Shown here: positions 49,330 through 58,756 of the stretch, piece after piece
Layout: each line of letters starts with the position of its first letter
Numbering within the stretch: position 1 is the stretch's first letter
Assembly: GCA_016934575.1 (NCBI GenBank)
Contig: JAFGSN010000052.1
Location: forward strand, 3,868 to 67,867
DNA from: Vicinamibacteria bacterium
Lineage (GTDB): Bacteria > Acidobacteriota > Vicinamibacteria > Fen-336
Length of the DNA: 64,000 bases
Direction: 5' to 3'
Position numbers and translations under genes: made by a program
Notes under the pieces: generated by a model
Seen by the model: only the letters and a program-made list of their open reading frames with translations
Told to the model about the DNA's origin: nothing
Databases searched by the model: none

Positions 49330-51407
49330 ACGTCATTCATCGTGACGAACAACACGGCTTGCGACGCGAGGCCCCGAGACTGCGGATTCGTCTGCTCGCG
49401 CTGGCGGTCTTTGTTACGACCGGCGATCCCGGGATCGCCTTGAACCGGCAGAGCGCTCCTGGAATCGCTGCGGCATTGTCCGCGAAACGTACGCCCTCGA
49501 TGTGCTTCGTCGTCACGCAATTGCCCATCGGCACGGCGGCCGAGAAGCAGGGGCCTCTTTCGGGCGGCATGTCGCCCGCCGACTGGGGCGCCGGCGCGCG
49601 GCTCGTTCTCGTCGAAGCGGGCAAGGTCTTCAAGGTGCTGACGTCCGATTTCGCGAGCGCCGCCGATCCCGACGTGTCCTTCGACGCCAAATCAATCGTC
49701 TTCGCCGGCCAGAAGCAAGCGGACGACCGTTGGGCCATCTACGAGATGAACGCCGACGGGAGCGGAGTGCGACAGGTCACGAGCGCGATCGATGATCTTC
49801 GCCAGCCCGTCTACCTACCAACAGTCCACACCATCATCGCCGACCCGACCAAGGGCACGGAGCCTCGACCTCAGATCGGCTACGTGCGTCTCTTCGACGC
49901 GTCACTCAACGAGGCCGGCGCCGGCCGCGCGCGGGCGATCTACTCCGTTCGAATCGACGGAGCATCGCCACGACGCCTGTCCTACAACTTGTCGAGCGAC
50001 ATGAACCCGACCGTTCTGAACGACGGCCGCATCGTCTATGCGAGCTGGCGGCGCGCGACGTTTTCACGCGGGGTCTCGGGTCGAATCGTGCTGCTCGGCA
50101 TCAACCCGGACGGCACGGACCCGGCGATCTTCGCGGGCGACGAAGGGCTGCGTCTCAAGCTCATGCCATGCGTGACGCGCGATCGCCTGGTGGCCTTCGT
50201 CGAAGCCGAAAGCGTGGGCTGGGACGGCGCCGGAAGCCTGGGATGCGTCAGCCTGCGCCGAAACCTGCACTCGCGCCGCCGGATCACCTTTGAGGGCGAC
50301 GGTCTCTTCCTTTCTCCGTCGGCCTTGTCTGACGGGCAGATCGTGGCGGCGCGACGCCCGCCAAACGGATCCGGCGATCACGGCATCGTCCGCGTTCATC
50401 CCGTTTCCGGCAAGGTGACGTCGCTCTTCGATGACGCCGCCTTCCATGACATTCAGGCGCGTGCGATTGCGCCGCGCCCGGCGCCCGACGGTCGATCGAG
50501 CGGCCTCAAGGACCCCGATGAAGAGGCGCATGCCGCCGAGTCCGGCGACGCGTCCCGGAAGGTTGCCATCCCGGACGTGACAATGTACGGCCTGAACGTC
50601 TATCTGAACGACTTGGGGCACGACTTGGCCGAAGGCGTCATCCGCCGCCTGCGCATCATTGAAGGCATGCCGTTGACCTCGACAAGCGGACCGGCAGCCC
50701 ATGGTCCCGAGCCGCTCGCTCCCCGAAGGCTCCTCGGCGAGGCGCCGATCGAGCCGGACGGCTCCTTCTACATCCAGATTCCGGCCGAGACGCCAGTGCA
50801 ATTCCAGATCCTCGATCAGGACGGCCTCGCGCTTCGCACGTCGGGTTGGATCTGGGGGCATTACAACGGCCGTCAGGGCTGCGTGGGCTGCCACGAAGAC
50901 CCGGAGCGAACGCCTCCAAGCCGCTTTGCCGACGCGCTCCGCAAGCCGGGCGTCAGGCTGATTCTTCCTCCCGAGCGCAGGCGTGCGGTGGATTACCGCC
51001 ACGACATCGCTCCCATCGTCAAGGCCCGCTGCGCCGGTTGCCACGGCGAGGACAAGATGGTGCGCCTGGACGGCGGCCTTTCCACAACAGGCGCGAGCGG
51101 CCGTTTCTCACGAGCATACGAGTCGCTGCTCGCCGAACTTGACCGTGCGCCCGGCGAGGTGGTCGGCCGGTACGTGCATCCCCATCAGGCGCGTACCAGC
51201 CCTTTGATCTGGCATATCCTGGGTCGTAACACCGCTCGGCCGTGGGATGGATCGGCCACGCGTGCGAAAGCCAAGCCGATGCCGATGAGCGCGGGCGCCG
51301 CCTTGAGCGAGGACGAACGCGGACTGTTCATCGAATGGATCGACATGGGAGCGCTATGGGACGCGTCGGCAGGGTCCACGTCCATGACGATCGGAGGAGC
51401 GCGATGA
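49326..51407 (+). CDS. Secreted PD40/TolB-like beta-propeller protein with C-terminal Planctomycete-type cytochrome c (PSCyt1-like) CxxCH domains
   Basis: Signal peptide region RLLALAVFVTTG; PD40-like repeats (DPDVSFDAKSIVFAG...IYEMNADGSGVRQVT); C-terminal CVGCHED and IAPIVKARCAGCHGEDKMVRLDGG matching PSCyt1 pattern. Confidence 0.65.
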   Translation: MNVIHRDEQHGLRREAPRLRIRLLALAVFVTTGDPGIALNRQSAPGIAAALSAKRTPSMCFVVTQLPIGTAAEKQGPLSGGMSPADWGAGARLVLVEAGKVFKVLTSDFASAADPDVSFDAKSIVFAGQKQADDRWAIYEMNADGSGVRQVTSAIDDLRQPVYLPTVHTIIADPTKGTEPRPQIGYVRLFDASLNEAGAGRARAIYSVRIDGASPRRLSYNLSSDMNPTVLNDGRIVYASWRRATFSRGVSGRIVLLGINPDGTDPAIFAGDEGLRLKLMPCVTRDRLVAFVEAESVGWDGAGSLGCVSLRRNLHSRRRITFEGDGLFLSPSALSDGQIVAARRPPNGSGDHGIVRVHPVSGKVTSLFDDAAFHDIQARAIAPRPAPDGRSSGLKDPDEEAHAAESGDASRKVAIPDVTMYGLNVYLNDLGHDLAEGVIRRLRIIEGMPLTSTSGPAAHGPEPLAPRRLLGEAPIEPDGSFYIQIPAETPVQFQILDQDGLALRTSGWIWGHYNGRQGCVGCHEDPERTPPSRFADALRKPGVRLILPPERRRAVDYRHDIAPIVKARCAGCHGEDKMVRLDGGLSTTGASGRFSRAYESLLAELDRAPGEVVGRYVHPHQARTSPLIWHILGRNTARPWDGSATRAKAKPMPMSAGAALSEDERGLFIEWIDMGALWDASAGSTSMTIGGAR

Positions 51408-53047
51408 AAAGCTGGACTGCCGCCGGAGCGATCATCCTTGTCGCGGCGACCGCGCCCGGCCAGGCGCAAGATCGGCCCTCCGGGCCGATCACTTTCACCG
51501 ACATCGCCGGACCAGCCGGCCTGGCCGCCTTCAAGCATAGCTACGGCGACCACGATCTCGACAACATCGTCGAGGCCACCGGCGTGGGGCCGTGCCTGTT
51601 CGACTATGACGGAGACGACGATCTGGACGTCTACTTCCCTAACGGTCGTTGGACGAAGGGTCTTTCCGATAATCGTGGCCGCAATCTGATCGGGAAACTC
51701 AAGAACGCCCTCTACCGCAACAACGGCGACGGCACGTTCACCGATGTCACGAATCGGGCCGGCGTGGCCGGCAAAAGCGCCGGTTACTCCGCGTCGGCGG
51801 CCGACTATGACGGAGACGGCGACCTCGATCTCTACCTATGCAATTACGGACCGAATGAGCTCTATCGCAACAACGGCGACGGCACGTTCACCGACGTCAC
51901 GGCCGAAGCGGGCATCGGCGATCCGCTCTTCAGCCTCTCGGGCGTCTGGCTCGATTACGACGGCGACGGCGATCTCGATCTCTTCGTCTGCAACTATCTC
52001 GAATACGATGAAGGCAAGTTCCGCTCTTTTTACGCGGCCACGGGTTTTCCCGGACCGCTGTCGTACAACGGCCAGCCCGACACGCTGTACCGCAACAACG
52101 GCGACGGCACGTTCACCGACGTGACCAAGGCGGCCGGCGTCTACTTCGAGCAAGGCCGCGGCATGAGCGCGACCGCCGCGGATCTGAATAATGACGGCCT
52201 AGTCGACATCTATGTCGCAAACGACGCTATGGAGAACAACTACTTCGAGAACAGCGGCAAGGGATCCTTTATCGATAATGGGCTGCTGACGGGACTGGCG
52301 TTCGGGCAGAACGGCCAGGGCGTCTCCTCGATGGGTCCCGCCGTCGGCGATATCGATCGCGACGGCCATCTGGACATCCTGATTCCCGATATGGACTACA
52401 TGAGCCTTCTCGTCTGGCGCGACGGCATATATGAGGATCATGTCGATCGCTCCAACATCGCCGTGATCAGCGGTCAGTACACCGGATGGGGCGGCGTGCT
52501 TTTCGACTTTGACAACGACGGCTATCTTGACGTATTCATCGCTAACGGCCACCCCCATCATGAATATCCAGAAAACGCCGTGCTGGCGCGGAACAACGGC
52601 AAGGGCGTCTTCGTCGACGTCGCGCGCCATGCGGGCGAGTACTTTGGAACGAAGAAATGGTACTCGCGCGGAACGGCGTATGCCGACATTGACGACGACG
52701 GCGATCTCGATCTGCTGGTAATGGACCTCAACGGCCACCCGCACTTGCTGCGCAACGACGGCGGCAACACGGCCAACCACTGGCTCAAGTTCGACGTGCG
52801 CCGCGCCGACGGCAAGCTGGCCGCGATTGGAGCCCGCGTCACGGTCGTCGTCGGGGGCTTGAAGTTGATTGACGACGTTTCGCCCGTCCGCGGCTATCTC
52901 GCGCAGAACGATCCGCGCCTTCACTTCGGGCTTGGCAAAGCGGTCAAAGCCGACTTGGTGGAGATCCGCTGGCCGGACGGCCGAACACGGCGGATGAAGG
53001 ACGTGCCGTCGAATCAAATCCTGAAGGTGACTCCCGATGCTCGCTAG
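51404..53047 (+). CDS. CRTAC1-family protein (FG-GAP/VCBS repeats + ASPIC/UnbV domain), secreted; paralog of 43373..45079
   Basis: ATGA overlap with upstream gene, GGAGGAG RBS; signal peptide MKSWTAAGAIILVAATAPGQA; DYDGDGDLD FG-GAP repeats; C-terminal UnbV_ASPIC-like. Confidence 0.7.
   Translation: MKSWTAAGAIILVAATAPGQAQDRPSGPITFTDIAGPAGLAAFKHSYGDHDLDNIVEATGVGPCLFDYDGDDDLDVYFPNGRWTKGLSDNRGRNLIGKLKNALYRNNGDGTFTDVTNRAGVAGKSAGYSASAADYDGDGDLDLYLCNYGPNELYRNNGDGTFTDVTAEAGIGDPLFSLSGVWLDYDGDGDLDLFVCNYLEYDEGKFRSFYAATGFPGPLSYNGQPDTLYRNNGDGTFTDVTKAAGVYFEQGRGMSATAADLNNDGLVDIYVANDAMENNYFENSGKGSFIDNGLLTGLAFGQNGQGVSSMGPAVGDIDRDGHLDILIPDMDYMSLLVWRDGIYEDHVDRSNIAVISGQYTGWGGVLFDFDNDGYLDVFIANGHPHHEYPENAVLARNNGKGVFVDVARHAGEYFGTKKWYSRGTAYADIDDDGDLDLLVMDLNGHPHLLRNDGGNTANHWLKFDVRRADGKLAAIGARVTVVVGGLKLIDDVSPVRGYLAQNDPRLHFGLGKAVKADLVEIRWPDGRTRRMKDVPSNQILKVTPDAR
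51710..52140 (+). repeat. Three near-identical ~41-nt intragenic direct repeats (LYRNNGDGTFTDVT-coding) within CRTAC1 paralog
   Basis: CTCTACCGCAACAACGGCGACGGCACGTTCACCGATGTCACG at 51710, 51860 and 52085 with 1-3 mismatches; corresponding repeats in paralog 43373..45079 are much more diverged. Confidence 0.7.
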
Positions 53048-53069
53048 AAACGAAAGGCCTCCGCGCGCG

Positions 53070-55973
53070 ATGCGTTACAAGAGAGCTCTCGCGTTGCTGC
53101 TCGTGCCGCTCGCATGGGTCTTCGTCCATGCGCCGGGGCGTCCGTCCGTTCGCGCCGCCGGCAAGGATCCGATCTATGTCGGATCCCACGCCTGTGCGAA
53201 GTGCCACGACGGCGCGGGCATGGGCCACCAGTATAGCAAATGGCTTCTCGGCCGACACGCACGCGCGTACGCCTCGCTGAGCCTTCCGGAGTCGCGCCAG
53301 ATCTCGGATCTTTCCGGAATTCCAGGCGATCCGCACGACTCCCCGATGTGCCTCGGCTGCCATGCCACCGGCTCGGATGCGGAGCCGTGGCAACGCGACG
53401 CCGCGTTTCATACGGCGGACGGCGTCCAGTGCGAGAAGTGCCACGGTCCCGGCAGCGAGTATATGGACATGGAGGTCATGCAAAACCGCGAGGCAGCCAT
53501 GATGGCCGGCCTCATGATGCCCGCCAAGAAGGACTGCATGCTCTGCCACTACGTCAAGGGGTCGCACGCGGCCGTGCACAAGCGGCCGCTGATCGACGTC
53601 GAGAAGGCATGGATGAAGATCGCGCATCCCACGCCCAAGAGCGCATCGCCGGGCGGCCCCGCCGGCGTGGGCAAGACGGTTTCCCTGAAAGGTCCCAAGT
53701 ACGCGGGCGTCGATGCCTGCGGCGCCTGCCACAACACAGCCATGATGAACCGCCAAGCCAATCGCTGGAAAATGACGGCGCATTCCCGGGCCTGGGCCGT
53801 GCTGGCGACGCCGAAGGCCTTCGAGATTGCGAAAGACAAGGGCCTGACCGGAGCGCCCCAGCAGACGGCGCAGTGTCTCAAGTGCCACGCGACCGGCCAT
53901 GGGCAAGACCCCGGCCGTTTCCTGGCGAGCGCACGAATCACCGAAGGCGTGACTTGCGAGGCGTGTCACGGACCCGGCAGCGAGTACATGCCCGAGGCCG
54001 TCATGCGCGACCGACTAGCCGCCAGGAAAGCCGGTTTGGTCGAACCGACGGCCGAGAGCTGCATGGGCTGCCACCAAAACGCCCACGGCAAGACGTTCGA
54101 CGCGGTGATGGCGATGAAAAAAATCGCCCATCCCATGAAGCCTCCCATGGCGACCATGGCAAAGACGGCCGAGTTCTCGATCCCGCCGAGCCGGAGCGGC
54201 TACAAGACGCCGCGCCACCTCGCCGTCCGTCCCGACGGCGCCGAAGTCTGGATCGCCTGCGAAGCCAGCGACAGCCTGATCATCGTCGACGTGAAGAAAC
54301 GGCTGAAGACGGCGGAAATCAAGGTCGGCGGGCAGCCTCACGACGTGGCGTTCGAGCCTGACGGGAAGCGCGCCTTCGTCTCCAATCGTCTCGATGACAG
54401 CGTCTCGGCCATAGACGTCGCGTGCCGCAAGGTTACGGCGACCATTGCGGTCGGCGACGAGCCACACGGGTTGGTCGTCAACAAGTCCGGCGCACTGCTC
54501 TTCGTGCTCAACTCCGCCAGTGAAGACATCTCGGTGATCGACCTTGAGGAGCTGCGCGAGCTACGCCGGCTCAAGGCCAGCCGTTTCCCATGGTCGCTCG
54601 CGCTCTCTCCCGACGGCCGGCGCATCGTGGCCACGAACACGCTCTCCAAGCTCGTGCCCTTCCGGCAACCGTCGGTTTCCGAGCTGACCGTGATCGACGC
54701 CGAGAAAGGCCGTATCGCGGACCGGCTGGAGGCGCCTGGCGCGAACTTGCTTCAGGGTGTGGACTGGCACCCTTCGGGCCGCTTCGCCCTCTTCACGCTG
54801 AACCGCACCAAGAACCTTGTTCCCATGACGCGCATCCACCAGGGTTGGACGATCACGAACGGTTTAGGCGTCGCCTGGGCTGACGGGCGCGTCGATCAGG
54901 TCCTGCTGGACGAGCCCAACTGGTACTTCGCCGACGCCTCCGACGTGGCCATCACGCCCGACGGCCGCCTAGCTTTCGCCACCAGCCAGGGCACGAATCG
55001 CGTCGCTGTTGTCGACGTCGAGCGACTCATCGATCTGTTGCAGAAAGCGTCGCTACGCGATCGCGCCGAGGTGATCCCGAACCACCTCGGCAAATCGGCC
55101 GAGTTCATCGTGAACTACGTGGAGACGCCGGATGCTCCGCGCGGCGTGGCCGTGACGCCGGATGGCACGACGGCGTTCGTGGCCAATCAGCTCGACGACT
55201 CGCTCACCGTGATCGACGTGGGAAGCAGGGCGTCCGTGGCGCGCATCGACCTGGGCGGGCCCAGGGAGGTCACGCACACGCGCTGGGGCGAGAAACTCTT
55301 CCACAGCGCCAACATCACTTTCCAGCGGCAGTTCGCTTGCGCCTCCTGCCACCCGGACGGCCACGTGGACGGTCTGACTTATGACATCGAGGCCGACGGC
55401 ATCGGCATCAATCCCGTGGACAATCGCACGCTGCGCGGGATCTACGACACCGATCCCTTCAAATGGGAAGGAACGAATCCATCGTTGGCGCGGCAATGCG
55501 GCGCGCGCTTGGCGGCGTACTTTACGCGCATTCAGCCGTTCACTCCCGAGGAGCTTTCGGCCGTGAACGACTACACGGTGACGATCCCTCGTCCTCCCAA
55601 CCGATACCGCGCCGCCGGCGCCGAGCTCACCGCGGCGCAAGCTCGGGGCAAGTTGGTGTTCGAGCGCACGCACGGCGCGGATGGCAAGGAGATCCCCGTT
55701 GACAATCGCTGCATCACCTGTCACTTCCCGCCCTACTATACGGATCGCAGCAAGCGGGACGTCGGCTCCAAGCACTGGCTGGACAAGCAGGGCATCTTCG
55801 ACGTGCCGCACCTCAACAACATCTACGACTCGGCGCCGTACTTGCACAACGGCATCGCCGACACGCTCGAGGAAATCTGGACGCGCTTCAATCCATACGA
55901 CACGCACGGCGTGACGAACGACATGACCAAGGACCAGTTGAACGACCTGATCGAATACCTGAAAACACTGTAG
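53070..55973 (+). CDS. Multidomain c-type cytochrome: 8 CxxCH (2x tetraheme c554-like) + YVTN beta-propeller + C-terminal di-heme cytochrome c peroxidase/MauG-like domain
   Basis: Signal peptide MRYKRALALLLVPLAWVFVHA; CxxCH motifs CAKCH, CLGCH, CEKCHGPGSEYM, CMLCH, CGACH, CLKCH, CEACHGPGSEYM, CMGCH, then CASCH and CITCH in CCP-like C-terminus (DVPHLNNIYDSAPYLHNG, LIEYLKTL); YVTN-like repeats between. Confidence 0.8.
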   Translation: MRYKRALALLLVPLAWVFVHAPGRPSVRAAGKDPIYVGSHACAKCHDGAGMGHQYSKWLLGRHARAYASLSLPESRQISDLSGIPGDPHDSPMCLGCHATGSDAEPWQRDAAFHTADGVQCEKCHGPGSEYMDMEVMQNREAAMMAGLMMPAKKDCMLCHYVKGSHAAVHKRPLIDVEKAWMKIAHPTPKSASPGGPAGVGKTVSLKGPKYAGVDACGACHNTAMMNRQANRWKMTAHSRAWAVLATPKAFEIAKDKGLTGAPQQTAQCLKCHATGHGQDPGRFLASARITEGVTCEACHGPGSEYMPEAVMRDRLAARKAGLVEPTAESCMGCHQNAHGKTFDAVMAMKKIAHPMKPPMATMAKTAEFSIPPSRSGYKTPRHLAVRPDGAEVWIACEASDSLIIVDVKKRLKTAEIKVGGQPHDVAFEPDGKRAFVSNRLDDSVSAIDVACRKVTATIAVGDEPHGLVVNKSGALLFVLNSASEDISVIDLEELRELRRLKASRFPWSLALSPDGRRIVATNTLSKLVPFRQPSVSELTVIDAEKGRIADRLEAPGANLLQGVDWHPSGRFALFTLNRTKNLVPMTRIHQGWTITNGLGVAWADGRVDQVLLDEPNWYFADASDVAITPDGRLAFATSQGTNRVAVVDVERLIDLLQKASLRDRAEVIPNHLGKSAEFIVNYVETPDAPRGVAVTPDGTTAFVANQLDDSLTVIDVGSRASVARIDLGGPREVTHTRWGEKLFHSANITFQRQFACASCHPDGHVDGLTYDIEADGIGINPVDNRTLRGIYDTDPFKWEGTNPSLARQCGARLAAYFTRIQPFTPEELSAVNDYTVTIPRPPNRYRAAGAELTAAQARGKLVFERTHGADGKEIPVDNRCITCHFPPYYTDRSKRDVGSKHWLDKQGIFDVPHLNNIYDSAPYLHNGIADTLEEIWTRFNPYDTHGVTNDMTKDQLNDLIEYLKTL

Positions 55974-56013
55974 GAGCGAAAGGCCGTTCGCCCCTACGAT
56001 TCGGGAGACACCG

Positions 56014-57219
56014 ATGATGCGCGTAATCATTAAAGTCTCGGCCGCGGTTCTGGCCGTCTTGACGCCGGTGGCCGCCTTCGCCGAGGCGACGCATGCGTCG
56101 CCTCGAGGATTGCCTTATGTCTATACAAAATGGAAGCATTTCACGATCGAGAACGGCTTGCCGAACAATCACGTCTTCGCCGTGCGCTCCAACGGGAACG
56201 ATCTTTGGGTCGGCACTGAAAACGGGCTGGCGCTGATCGACAAGCGCCAGAGCAAGGTCGTCAAGGTCTGGCAGGAAAAGGACGGCCTCCCCTTCCGATC
56301 GATCGCCGGCATCGATGTCGACAAAAACACCGGCGACGTCTGGCTCGGCCTTTTCGGCGGCGGATTGGCGCGCCTTTCGGGCGACCGTTTCGATCACTGG
56401 CACCAGTTGAACAGCGGTCTCGTCAACGACGTCGTCTACGACGTGGTCATGGAGCACGAGAACGTCTGGTGCGCCACGACCGCCGGGGCCTCGCGCTTCA
56501 ACCCAAAAACCGGCGAGTGGGCGATCTTCACTGAAAAAAACGCCCCCATGGAGGAAATCTGGAACTACGCCGTCGATTACGACCCGCAAGCGAACAAGGT
56601 CTTCCTGGCGATCTGGGGCTCGGGCGTGCTCGAATACGACGTGGCGACGGACCGCTGGCAGGAATACGTCGACCCGGACGGAGAAATGGAAATCGACCTT
56701 TACCGCGACGACGGCGTCAACCACGTCATTGTCACCGGCGTAACCAGCATCGACGGCGCCATGTGGGTTTCCTCCTACTTCGGCGGCACGCGCTATGACG
56801 GCCGGAGCTGGCTCGGACTGCCGGACATCGAAGGCGGACTGCCGAGCCTGTTCAACAATAACGTCAAGGGCCGGAGCGCTCACGAGGCCTGGTTTTGCTC
56901 GGACAAGGGCGCGGGCGCGATCGTGGATCTCGATCCCGAAACCTGGGTCCAGTACGTGCGCGACGGCCGCGGCGGACGCGCGATCGTGAAGCAACGCCTG
57001 AAGCCGGAGGACAAGACCCTGACGACGGTCGAGGTAGTCGAAACGGGCGTCAACGCACCCCACTCCTTCATCGTCAACGCCGACGTCGAGGGCAACGACG
57101 TCTTCCTGGGAACGTCGCACGGACTGGGCTGGGGCGTCGGCGAGGGCTATTATCCGCGCCTCAAGGAACGACCGCTCATCGGGGCTGCGCCCAAGGCGGA
57201 TGTCGCCACACAAAGGTAG
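56014..57219 (+). CDS. Secreted beta-propeller protein with two-component-regulator-propeller (Reg_prop)-like repeats
   Basis: Signal peptide MMRVIIKVSAAVLAVLTPVAAFA; repeats NGLPNNHVFAVRSNGNDLWVGTENGLALID typical Reg_prop. Confidence 0.6.
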   Translation: MMRVIIKVSAAVLAVLTPVAAFAEATHASPRGLPYVYTKWKHFTIENGLPNNHVFAVRSNGNDLWVGTENGLALIDKRQSKVVKVWQEKDGLPFRSIAGIDVDKNTGDVWLGLFGGGLARLSGDRFDHWHQLNSGLVNDVVYDVVMEHENVWCATTAGASRFNPKTGEWAIFTEKNAPMEEIWNYAVDYDPQANKVFLAIWGSGVLEYDVATDRWQEYVDPDGEMEIDLYRDDGVNHVIVTGVTSIDGAMWVSSYFGGTRYDGRSWLGLPDIEGGLPSLFNNNVKGRSAHEAWFCSDKGAGAIVDLDPETWVQYVRDGRGGRAIVKQRLKPEDKTLTTVEVVETGVNAPHSFIVNADVEGNDVFLGTSHGLGWGVGEGYYPRLKERPLIGAAPKADVATQR

Positions 57220-57272
57220 AGGGAAGGCATATGCCTCACCCGCGGAACCGTCAAATGGTTAGGAGAAACGTC

Positions 57273-58748
57273 ATGAAACGCCAATCGGTCATTGTAATCA
57301 TGCTGCTTTTCGCCGCCGGATTCGCTTTTCCCGGCGACGGACGGAAGGCAACGCCGCTCAAGGAGTGGATCGAATTCGATCATCCCAAGATTCTCGCGTT
57401 GCTCAATCACATCAACGGCTTGGACGCGTACACGGTTCCTCCGCTCGAGGTTCGCAAGGACGAAAACTACGCCGGCACGGCCGTTGACGTCGAGCCCTTC
57501 GGAGGCGTGCGACCCTACAACGAGTTCTTCCTCCAGCAGATGGAGTACACAGGGCCTGGACGAGCCGAACCCGAACCCGAACACCTCGACACGGTGAAGA
57601 TCGGTTTCATCGGTCCCATCATGTCCACGGTCTCGGTCGCCACCGGCGGCAAGAGCCACGAGGAGACGCTTGGCATTCCAATGCTGCAGGGCGCGCGTCT
57701 CGCTCTCGAACAGTGGAACGAGCGCGGCGGCTATCTCAAGCGCAAGATTCCCTTTGAGCTAGTCGTTAGCAACGACAACGGACTGTGGGGCGCATCCGGC
57801 AACGAGATCATCAAGCAGAACTACAAGGACAAGGTGTGGGCGATCCTCGGGACGATCGACGGCGCCAACAGCCACATCGCCATCCGCGTGGCGCTCAAGT
57901 GCGAGGTCGTGATGATGAACACCGGCGACACGGATCCGACCTTCATCGAAACCAACATCCCCTGGGTTTTTCGTAACATCGGCGATGACCGGCAGCAGAG
58001 CTATCTCCTGATCGACTACGCATACCGCAAGATGGGTTACAAAATGCTCGGCATCATCCGCGCCAGCAACCGCTATGGCCGTTTCGGCGTGCGCGAGGTC
58101 CGCGACAGCGCGCGACGGTTGGGCAAGCCCGTGCCGCTGGAGATGGCCTACCAGGTGGGTCAGGAGGACTTCGCGCTCGAGATCGAGCGTTTGCGGAAGT
58201 CCGGCGTCGACGCCATCGTGCACTGGGGCGACGCGGTCGAGGGCGCCAAGATCCTCAACCAGATGCGCGCCATGGGCATGAAGCATCCCTACCTGGCCTG
58301 CGATCGCTGCGTTCAGGCTGATTTTGCGAAGATCGCCGGCGCCAACGCCGAGGGCGTCGTCTGTGCTTACCCCTGGAATCCCGAGAGCCAGACGAAGTTG
58401 TTCGTGAAGTTCCGCGACGCCTACCGCGCCCGTTTCGGCCAGGAACCCGAGACCTACGCCGCCCACGCTTACGACGGCATGAACATGATCATTTGGTCGA
58501 TCCAGGCGGCAGGCCTCAATCGCGCCAAGATGCGTGACGTGCTGGCCTACATGCCCGAGCCCTGGCCGGGAGTTACCGGCGATATTCAGCTCTCGGCCTG
58601 TCTTGACGACGTGGGCGACGTCTTCCTGGCGAAATACGAGAACGGCGACTGGAACTACTATTCGCGCACGGATCTCGACATTCCCAAGGGTTACATCCCG
58701 CCTCGCGATCGCGTGAGTCGTCCGGACATCGAGATCGCGCGGAAGTAA
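57273..58748 (+). CDS. Periplasmic binding protein type I (LivK/Peripla_BP_6-like), orphan
   Basis: AGGAG RBS then ATG 57273; signal peptide MKRQSVIVIMLLFAAGFAFPG; PBP-I fold features; no ABC permease/ATPase genes nearby; track ORF from 56895 is an extension. Confidence 0.7.
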   Translation: MKRQSVIVIMLLFAAGFAFPGDGRKATPLKEWIEFDHPKILALLNHINGLDAYTVPPLEVRKDENYAGTAVDVEPFGGVRPYNEFFLQQMEYTGPGRAEPEPEHLDTVKIGFIGPIMSTVSVATGGKSHEETLGIPMLQGARLALEQWNERGGYLKRKIPFELVVSNDNGLWGASGNEIIKQNYKDKVWAILGTIDGANSHIAIRVALKCEVVMMNTGDTDPTFIETNIPWVFRNIGDDRQQSYLLIDYAYRKMGYKMLGIIRASNRYGRFGVREVRDSARRLGKPVPLEMAYQVGQEDFALEIERLRKSGVDAIVHWGDAVEGAKILNQMRAMGMKHPYLACDRCVQADFAKIAGANAEGVVCAYPWNPESQTKLFVKFRDAYRARFGQEPETYAAHAYDGMNMIIWSIQAAGLNRAKMRDVLAYMPEPWPGVTGDIQLSACLDDVGDVFLAKYENGDWNYYSRTDLDIPKGYIPPRDRVSRPDIEIARK

Positions 58749-58756
58749 GGGGCGGC

